DNA from: a virus
Lineage: Duplodnaviria; Caudoviricetes
IMG/VR virus record: IMGVR_UViG_3300020042_003743
Location: 1-25,562 of that record
DNA: 25,562 nucleotides
Strand: one strand, 5' to 3'
Every line of letters starts with the position of its first letter. Position 1 is the stretch's first letter. Positions 16,043 to 22,373 of the stretch are shown here, piece after piece. Under the pieces are notes generated by a model that was given only the letters and a program-made list of their open reading frames with translations, searched no databases and was not told the DNA's origin. Position numbers and translations under genes: made by a program.

Positions 16043-17370
16043 TTTAAAGAATCCATTGCTAAGTCAGATAAAGAGCGTTTGTCGTGCAAGGCTACGTAAA
16101 TCTTTTCGTCTACCGTGTCCTCGGTCAGCAGGACGTAAACCCACACCGCGTGCCGCTGGCCGCTGCGGTGCAGGCGCCCGATGGTCTGCTCAAACAGTTC
16201 CAGCGACCACGGCAACGACAAGAACACCATGTGACAGCCACCAAATTGCAGGTTGAGGCCGTGGCCCGCCGACTTCGGGTGCGCCAGCAGCAGCTCGACC
16301 TTACCGGCGTTCCAACGCTCGATGGCGTCCGGCTCGTCCAGCGTCACCGCGCGCGGATAGCGGCGCTGTAGTTCGGCCAGCTCCTCTTGGTATTGGTAGG
16401 CGATGATCGTGTTGGCGTGTTGGTTCTCGGTCAGCAGGTCGTCCAGCAGTTCAAACTTGTGATCGGAAAACCACACCGCCGACTTGGTGGTGGTGAACTT
16501 GCCCGGACGGTCGCTCGGCGTGGTGCGGGTGTCGTAGACGAAGCCGCTGCTCATCTGTTGCAGCTTGCCCGTCACCACACCGGCGTTTGCGGCTACCGCC
16601 TGGGCGTCGGGGAACTGCACCATGAAGTCCTTTTTCATAGCCTTGTATTCCGTCATTTCCATCGCGCAGCGCATCTCGACAATGTGCAGCGGCGGCAGCT
16701 TGTCCTTGTATTCGCCAGCGTCCAACACGAACGTCGCCTTGCGGATACGCTCCATCACCATCGGCAACGCGCCGGCGCGCGGCTCCCAGTCGCCGTAATC
16801 ACGGTTGATGCAGTGAAAATACTGTTGCAAGAAGGCACCCTTGCTGCGCCCGAGGAGTGACTGGTCGATAACCTTGCACTGACCAAACACGTCCTCCAGC
16901 CCGTTGCTGGTGAACGAACCCGTCAGCCCCCACCGGATCGGCATGGCGTCCAGCACTTTCAGCAGTGCCTTGAAGCGTTTGCCGGACGGATTCTTCAGCC
17001 GCGTCAGCTCGTCGAACACCACGCCATCGAACTGCAACGGCTGTTCGGCCAGCCATTGCAGGTTGTCGTAGGTGGCGACCACCACCTGCACGTTGGCTCG
17101 CAACGCCTTGACGCGCTGCGTTGGTGTGCCGATGACCACGGACAACGACAACTCGGGTGCCCACAGCTTGGCCTCCACCGGCCAGACCGACTCGGCCACG
17201 CGTTTAGGTGCGATCACAAGAAACCGCTGCACCACGCCGGCGCGCAGCATGTCGCGCATGGCGGTGAGCGTCAACGCGGTCTTACCCGCACCAACGGGGG
17301 CAAGAATCATCGCCCTGTCCGACTCAAACAAAAAGTCAGCGGCTAGTTCTTGATACGGTCTGAGAACCAT
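16039..17370 (-). CDS. SNF2-like (SF2) DNA helicase
   Basis: Start MVLRPYQ at 17370 (track start too long). GAGKT, FDEL, LTGS, SAGHGLNLQ and QTIGRLHRSGQ motifs. Confidence 0.93.
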   Translation of the reverse strand: MVLRPYQELAADFLFESDRAMILAPVGAGKTALTLTAMRDMLRAGVVQRFLVIAPKRVAESVWPVEAKLWAPELSLSVVIGTPTQRVKALRANVQVVVATYDNLQWLAEQPLQFDGVVFDELTRLKNPSGKRFKALLKVLDAMPIRWGLTGSFTSNGLEDVFGQCKVIDQSLLGRSKGAFLQQYFHCINRDYGDWEPRAGALPMVMERIRKATFVLDAGEYKDKLPPLHIVEMRCAMEMTEYKAMKKDFMVQFPDAQAVAANAGVVTGKLQQMSSGFVYDTRTTPSDRPGKFTTTKSAVWFSDHKFELLDDLLTENQHANTIIAYQYQEELAELQRRYPRAVTLDEPDAIERWNAGKVELLLAHPKSAGHGLNLQFGGCHMVFLSLPWSLELFEQTIGRLHRSGQRHAVWVYVLLTEDTVDEKIYVALHDKRSLSDLAMDSLK

Positions 17371-17624
17371 TCGTCCACCTGTTCCTTTGTCCATAGGCAA
17401 GCATAGTTCTGTTGTGTGCGGCGCATTTCCTCGGCGAACAAACCTTGCAGCTTGGAGCGCCGCCCGTGGGGTGCTTTCAACTCCACGAACCATGTCGCCC
17501 CATTCGGCAAACAAGCGATACGATCTGCCACACCGCGCTGCGAGGGCGACTTGAACTTGTAGGTGCGCCCGCCGCACCGCTGCACGACCCAGTCAAAATA
17601 ATGTTCGACTTCTTTTTCTAGCAT
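17343..17624 (-). CDS. VRR-NUC domain nuclease
   Basis: AAAGGA RBS, start MLEKEVE. GVADRI...WFVELKAPHGRRSKLQ motif; adjacent to the SNF2 helicase. Confidence 0.9.
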   Translation of the reverse strand: MLEKEVEHYFDWVVQRCGGRTYKFKSPSQRGVADRIACLPNGATWFVELKAPHGRRSKLQGLFAEEMRRTQQNYACLWTKEQVDEWFSDRIKN

Positions 17625-17650
17625 GTTCGTGTCCTTTGTGATACGCTCAC

Positions 17651-17680
17651 ATCGTAACACGCTAAAAAAGTCTTTGACAA
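17651..17680 (-). promoter_or_regulatory. Leftward sigma70-like promoter
   Basis: Minus strand TTGTCA (17680-17675), 18-nt spacer ending TGT, TACGAT (17656-17651; extended -10). Confidence 0.65.
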
Positions 17681-17703
17681 GTATTTTTTCTGCAGTCTAT
17701 AAT
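17674..17703 (+). promoter_or_regulatory. Rightward consensus sigma70 promoter
   Basis: TTGACA (17674-17679), 18 nt, TATAAT (17698-17703), in the divergent intergenic gap. Confidence 0.85.
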
Positions 17704-17733
17704 CTAGCCTCCACTTCACTAAAGGAAATTAAA

Positions 17734-17934
17734 ATGACTGACCGCCCCGCATTTCCCCCCGCAGATGATCGCGGCATAAATATGCGCGATTACTTTGCCG
17801 CTAAAGCGATGACTTGGTTTCTTACCGCGTTGACCACTGAAGATATGTTGGACGACCCTAGCCTACTGCGCCAGTTTGCCGCCGATCACGCATACAAGAT
17901 GGCCGACGCTATGATGAAAGCGAGGGGTGAATAA
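17734..17934 (+). CDS. Small phage protein (PAFP...RDYFAAKAM type, 66 aa)
   Basis: AAAGGA RBS, ATG 17734; motifs PAFP, MRDYFAAKAM, AYKMADAMMKAR. Confidence 0.85.
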   Translation: MTDRPAFPPADDRGINMRDYFAAKAMTWFLTALTTEDMLDDPSLLRQFAADHAYKMADAMMKARGE

Positions 17935-17935
17935 T

Positions 17936-19060
17936 ATGGCCTCTCACTCACTCATCGTCGGCGGCAGCACCGCCAAACGCGTTATCAATTGCCCAGGCTC
18001 CGTGGCGTTGGTTGCAAAGATGCCGCCGAAAGACAGCAGCACGTATGCCGATCGCGGCACCTTGCTACACAATGCAATGGCGACGATATTGGACAGCGAC
18101 ACCGTGACACCGGAGTCCATGCTGTGGACAACTTTTAAGGGCGAAACGCTGACGGGCGAATTGTTGAACGAGAAGATCCTGCCCGCACTGGCCGCACTCG
18201 ACGCAGTCGATCCCGAAGGAGTGATGGAATATGCAGTCGAAACTGTGGTTGGTTTTGGGGCGTATTTGCCGGGCGTGTTTGGCAGCGCCGATTTACTTGG
18301 CCGTTTGGGTAATCGTGCTGTTGTGCTTGATTGGAAGTTTGGTGACGGGGTGGCAGTCTCGGCGGAAGAAAACGAGCAAGGATTGTTCTACGCCGCCGCC
18401 GCGATGAGGACGCCGGAAACGGCGTGGGTGTTCGAGGGTGCGGAGGAAGTCGAGATCGTCATCGTGCAGCCGCCCGCCGTTAAGCGGTGGGTGACCACGG
18501 TTAAGCGCGTTAAGGAGTTTGAACGGAGTTTGAAACGTGCGGTCAAGGCCAGCGCCATGCCCGACGCGGCCATCGTGGTGGGTGACCATTGCCGGTGGTG
18601 TAACGCGAAACCGTTATGCCCTAAAATGACGGGTGCCGTAGACCGTGCGGTTAAGGTGCAGTTAGAAAACCTGCCCGCCGAAACGATCGGTGCGTATCTC
18701 GGCAACGCCGATCTGTTGGAAGATTGGATCAAAGACCTGCGGGCGTTGGCAATGACCATGATGGAGGGCGGCACCCCCGTGCCGGGCTACAAGGTCGTCG
18801 CCAAACGTAGCGTGCGGAAGTGGCTCGATGAGAGCAAGGCCACCCAAGCACTGACCGCACTGGGCATCGACCCCGTGAAGTTGGAATTGGTTTCACCGGC
18901 GCAAGCAGAGAAACTGCTGAAGCCGTCGAAACAAGCGTTACCGGATGACTTGGTTGCATCGGTGTCATCTGGAACAACCTTTGCGCCGGAGTCAGACCCC
19001 CGGCCAGAGGTTTTGCAAATCGGGTCGCAACTCACCGCAGCCCTCTCTAAACTTGTATAA
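17936..19060 (+). CDS. Cas4/AddB-like PD-(D/E)xK exonuclease (DUF2800-like)
   Basis: GAGGGG RBS. NCPGS, RGTLLH, GSAD, LDWKFG, CRWC...LCP (1+3 Cys, Fe-S staple pattern). Alternative GTG start at 17927. Confidence 0.88.
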   Translation: MASHSLIVGGSTAKRVINCPGSVALVAKMPPKDSSTYADRGTLLHNAMATILDSDTVTPESMLWTTFKGETLTGELLNEKILPALAALDAVDPEGVMEYAVETVVGFGAYLPGVFGSADLLGRLGNRAVVLDWKFGDGVAVSAEENEQGLFYAAAAMRTPETAWVFEGAEEVEIVIVQPPAVKRWVTTVKRVKEFERSLKRAVKASAMPDAAIVVGDHCRWCNAKPLCPKMTGAVDRAVKVQLENLPAETIGAYLGNADLLEDWIKDLRALAMTMMEGGTPVPGYKVVAKRSVRKWLDESKATQALTALGIDPVKLELVSPAQAEKLLKPSKQALPDDLVASVSSGTTFAPESDPRPEVLQIGSQLTAALSKLV

Positions 19061-19071
19061 AGGACATTAAA

Positions 19072-19749
19072 ATGACTACGAATATCGTTACTTTCGCGGG
19101 GGCGAAACTCCCCGCTGTTGCTTCACTCTCAACGTCGCTTCGCAAACTGGAGGCCGACGTTGGCCCCGCCGGTGTTGTCATCTTGAAGATGGACAAGACC
19201 GGCCACTGGTGTTTCGGTGCAGACCAGACCGAAATCGAAGAAGGTTCACAGTGGGCCGTTAACCCGTTCTCGTTCGTCCACGGCTTCATCGCGTGGGGTG
19301 ACGGTGAAGTTCTCGGGGAGCGCATGGCCTCGGTCAGCGATCCGCTGCCGGAGCTGGACACCGCCCCGCCGGGTGCCAAGAAGGGTTGGGAGACTCAGGT
19401 CGGCATGTCGTTGAAGTGCCTGAACGGTGAGGACGCCGGGATGGAAGCGCGCTTCACCACAACGTCAGTCGGGGGCAAGCGCGCAGTGCAGGCGTTGGCC
19501 GTCGCCATTGCCGGACAGGTGGACACCGACCAGGCCAAGCCCGTGCCAGTGGTCGAGCTGGACACCGAGCATTACCAGCACAAGTCGTATGGCCGCATCT
19601 ACACCCCGATCTTCAAGGTGTTGGAGTGGGTCAGCATTAACGGGGATGAACCGGCCCCCGCAGCAGTCGAGGCAGCAGCACCGGCACCGGCCCCCGCGCC
19701 GGAACCGGCAGCAGCACCGGCTGGCCGTCGCCGTCGGGTCGCGGCGTAA
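19072..19749 (+). CDS. Putative ssDNA-binding/annealing protein
   Basis: AAAGGA RBS. Between exonuclease and polymerase as in APSE-like modules; YQHKSYGRIYTP motif; Pro/Ala tail ending RRRR. Confidence 0.65.
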   Translation: MTTNIVTFAGAKLPAVASLSTSLRKLEADVGPAGVVILKMDKTGHWCFGADQTEIEEGSQWAVNPFSFVHGFIAWGDGEVLGERMASVSDPLPELDTAPPGAKKGWETQVGMSLKCLNGEDAGMEARFTTTSVGGKRAVQALAVAIAGQVDTDQAKPVPVVELDTEHYQHKSYGRIYTPIFKVLEWVSINGDEPAPAAVEAAAPAPAPAPEPAAAPAGRRRRVAA

Positions 19750-19778
19750 CAAGGGTGGGGGCGCGGTACGGCCCCCGC
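19735..19778 (+). repeat. Repeat A copy 1 (ssb 3' end plus GC hairpin)
   Basis: 19735-19762 is identical to 20075-20102 (28 bp); stem GTGGGGGC/GCCCCCGC with 8-nt loop and no U tract. Confidence 0.95.
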
Positions 19779-19786
19779 ACACTGAC

Positions 19787-20029
19787 ATGAACAATCAACG
19801 CTGTAGTAACTGCCAGTTTTACTTTCTTGACATGGAAATTCGAACATACGAGGGAACATTTGAGGGAACCGATGAGGCGTTAGACCCAGATGAATTTATG
19901 GCCGAGTGCAGGCGTTATCCTCCCGTACGCAACGAAGCAAAGGCCAGAGAATGCTTTGCTATGTATGATAGGTTTAGTGGGCCGATTGTTCAAGCTATGA
20001 ATTGGTGCGGTGAGTGGCGCGGCAAATGA
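19787..20029 (+). CDS. Gene X: 80-aa Cys-motif protein (possible metal binding)
   Basis: MNNQRCSNC...CRRYPP...P...WCGEW; AT-richer than flanks; ATGA overlap with the duplicated pol start; no clear RBS. Confidence 0.8.
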   Translation: MNNQRCSNCQFYFLDMEIRTYEGTFEGTDEALDPDEFMAECRRYPPVRNEAKARECFAMYDRFSGPIVQAMNWCGEWRGK

Positions 20030-20079
20030 TCTGGCTTGACTTTGAAACCCGCAGCCGGTGTAACCTACCGGCGGCGGGT
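20024..20079 (+). repeat. Repeat B copy 1 (duplicated first 18 codons of DNA polymerase)
   Basis: 56 bp identical to 20336-20391. Confidence 0.97.
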
Positions 20080-20148
20080 CGCGGCGTAACAAGGGTGGGG
20101 GCTTCGGCCCCCGCTTTCAATAAATTAAAGGACATGCAAAATGAATGA
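20026..20148 (+). pseudogene. Truncated pol-start chimeric ORF (40 aa)
   Basis: MIWLDFETRSRCNLPAAG then RGVTRVGASAPAFNKLKDMQNE*. Confidence 0.75.
20075..20117 (+). repeat. Repeat A copy 2 with cUUCGg hairpin (weak terminator-like)
   Basis: Same 28 bp and same stem as copy 1, loop TTCG, followed by TTT. Confidence 0.93.
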
Positions 20149-20341
20149 AGACGAATACGACGACATATATAGAGGTTTAGCACTTCTAGCCAATGCCATT
20201 ACGCCAACAGGCGCAAGTCCGAGCCACGATGAAGCAGGTAATTACGTTGCTTCTTTGACCGAGGCCATTATGGGTATAACTTCAGGTTTGCATAAAATTG
20301 CAGAGGCTATTGAACACTTAGCTGACACCAACGAAAAATGA
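20141..20341 (+). CDS. Gene Y: 66-aa acidic helical hypothetical protein
   Basis: AAAGGA RBS; SLTEAIMGITSGL..IAEAI; ATGA overlap with pol; AT-richer than flanks. Confidence 0.8.
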   Translation: MNEDEYDDIYRGLALLANAITPTGASPSHDEAGNYVASLTEAIMGITSGLHKIAEAIEHLADTNEK

Positions 20342-22305
20342 TCTGGCTTGACTTTGAAACCCGCAGCCGGTGTAACCTACCGGCGGCGGGTGTTTACAAC
20401 TACGCGCGCGACGCCTCGACCGAGGTGTTGTGCATGTCCTACGCCTTTGATGGCGGCGAGGTGCAGACGTGGCGCCCCGGTGACACCTTCCCCGCGATTG
20501 GTGACGCCCAAATCCGCGCCCACAACGCCGCTTTCGAGCGTCTGATTTTCTGGTATGTCCTCTGCCCCGAGTTCGGTATCCCCGAGCCGCCTTTGGAGCA
20601 GTTCTATTGCACGGCAGCGCAGGCCCGCGCCAACTGCGCGCCAGGTTCGTTGGAGGACGTAGGCCGCTTCGCCGGTGCGTCCATGAAGAAAGACCATCGC
20701 GGCGCGCAGCTCATCCGCTTGCTGTCGATCCCACGGGCTGACGGCACCTTCAACCACGACCCCGACCTGATGGCCGAGATGGTGCGCTACTGCGAACAGG
20801 ACGTGCGCGCCATGCGCGAGATTAGCACCAGTATGCGTGACCTGTCGGACGAGGAGCTGGCCGACTACCACGTCAACGAGCGCATCAACGACCGTGGCGT
20901 GTTATGTGACACCGCACTATGCCGCGCCGCCATGACCTACGCCGACGCCGAGCTGATCGAGATACAGCAAATCGTGAGTGAGGTGACCGAAGGCGAGATC
21001 ACCAGCGTGCGCTCACCGAAGATGCGCGCATGGGTGCAGGCCCGTGTCGGCCCCGAGGCCATCAAGCTGATGACGCTGCACGTCGATGGCGAGGTCAAGT
21101 ATTCGATCGACAAGACCGTGCGCGCTAACCTGCTGCTGCTGGCCGAAGAAAACCCCGACGAGGTGCCCGCAGCCGTGGCCGATGTGATCCAGTGCGCGGA
21201 TGACCTGTGGGCCAGTTCGGTCGCCAAATTCAAACGGCTAGCGGATCTCGCCGACGTCGACGACAACCGCGTCCGTGGTGCGTTTGTCTTTGCGGGCGGC
21301 AGCGCCACCGGTCGGGCGTCGAGCTACGGCGCCCAAGTGCATAACTTCACCCGCAAGTGTGCCAAGGAACCCGACGCCGTGCGGCACGCAATGGTGCGCG
21401 GGCACCAAATCGTGCCACACTACGGCAAGCGTGTGACCGACGTTCTCAAGGGGATGCTACGCCCCGCACTGATGCCCGCCGCCGGTAACGTGCTGGTGGT
21501 GGCTGACTGGGCGGCGATTGAAGGCCGCGTCAATCCGTGGCTGTCCAACTGCGCCGCCGGTGAGGCCAAGCTCAACGTGTTCCGGTCGGGCCTCGACCCT
21601 TACAAAGTCAACGCGACCTCTGTGTTCAACGCCACGACCTACAATAACATAACAGCAGAGCAACGTCAGGTTGGCAAGGTGCAGGAGCTGGCGTTGGGCT
21701 TCCTCGGTGGTGCCGGTTCGTTCGAAACCTTTGGCCGCGTCTACGGTGTGCGGATGACCAAGTGGGAAATCGCCCGCGCCATTAACGCCTGGCGCGTTGC
21801 CAACCCGTGGGCCATGCGGCACGGCCAAGACTTGGAAGCGGCCTACACCCGCGCCCTACGCCACAAGGGGCATGAATGCCGCGCGGGGCGCGTCTGTTAC
21901 CTCTACGACGGTCAGCACCTCTGGTATAGCCTGCCGTCCGGTCGGGTGCTATGCTACCCCTTCGCCCGCTTAGAAAATGATGGTGTGTCGTACGCCAAGG
22001 CCGCATGGAAACCGGCGGCTGATGCGACCGAATGGCCGCGCGCGCGCTTGTGGCGCGGCTTGGCCGTCGAGAACATTACGCAGGCGACCGCGAACGATAT
22101 TCTGCGCCATTCAATGCGTGTGTTAGAGGGGGAAGGCTATCAAATCGTACTCACAGTGCATGATGAGATCGTCGTCGAGTGCCCCGAGCGCATGGGTGAG
22201 GCAACGGTGGCACGGATGCGGGAGGTGATGTGTACGCCGCCCGAATGGGCCGCTGGCCTGCCGTTAGGCGTCGAGATTAAGGTGCAAACGCGATACGGGA
22301 AATAA
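20338..22305 (+). CDS. Phage DNA polymerase, family A, with 3'-5' exonuclease
   Basis: Exo I DFET, Exo II AHNAAFE, Exo III YCEQD; TGRASS; motif A ADWAAIEGR; motif B RQVGKVQELALGF; motif C VHDEI. Confidence 0.95.
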   Translation: MIWLDFETRSRCNLPAAGVYNYARDASTEVLCMSYAFDGGEVQTWRPGDTFPAIGDAQIRAHNAAFERLIFWYVLCPEFGIPEPPLEQFYCTAAQARANCAPGSLEDVGRFAGASMKKDHRGAQLIRLLSIPRADGTFNHDPDLMAEMVRYCEQDVRAMREISTSMRDLSDEELADYHVNERINDRGVLCDTALCRAAMTYADAELIEIQQIVSEVTEGEITSVRSPKMRAWVQARVGPEAIKLMTLHVDGEVKYSIDKTVRANLLLLAEENPDEVPAAVADVIQCADDLWASSVAKFKRLADLADVDDNRVRGAFVFAGGSATGRASSYGAQVHNFTRKCAKEPDAVRHAMVRGHQIVPHYGKRVTDVLKGMLRPALMPAAGNVLVVADWAAIEGRVNPWLSNCAAGEAKLNVFRSGLDPYKVNATSVFNATTYNNITAEQRQVGKVQELALGFLGGAGSFETFGRVYGVRMTKWEIARAINAWRVANPWAMRHGQDLEAAYTRALRHKGHECRAGRVCYLYDGQHLWYSLPSGRVLCYPFARLENDGVSYAKAAWKPAADATEWPRARLWRGLAVENITQATANDILRHSMRVLEGEGYQIVLTVHDEIVVECPERMGEATVARMREVMCTPPEWAAGLPLGVEIKVQTRYGK

Positions 22306-22342
22306 AAAAGCGACGGCCCACGGGGAGGAACCGTGAGCCGCC
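22304..22342 (-). terminator. Minus-strand terminator-like hairpin between pol and primase
   Basis: Minus strand GGCGGCTCACGG-TTCCTCC-CCGTGGGCCGTC: 12-bp stem with two G-U pairs, then GC and TTTTTT. Confidence 0.6.
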
Positions 22343-22373
22343 AGACCAACCACCAACTCAAAGGTACTATAAC

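Noticed and set aside
17371-17577. N-terminal extensions in the ORF track for helicase, endolysin (13489), holin (13416) and 17623
   Set aside because: They overlap real upstream genes or the promoter; downstream starts match domain boundaries and mostly have an RBS.
17936-19060. Cas4-like nuclease as part of a CRISPR-Cas system
   Set aside because: No array or other cas genes; ordinary member of an APSE-like replication module.
19427-19786. 200-aa ORF 19427-20029 as one gene
   Set aside because: The first 120 codons are an off-frame shadow of ssb and the hairpin; only the part from ATG 19787 looks coding.
17720-20143. Recurring TAAAGGA...AAAATG motif (17720, 19058, 20126)
   Set aside because: Explained as ordinary strong ribosome-binding sites.
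19735-20391. Repeats as CRISPR array, IS target-site duplication or DGR template
   Set aside because: Only two copies of each, gene-sized spacers, no transposase or reverse transcriptase, and no adenine-specific mismatches.
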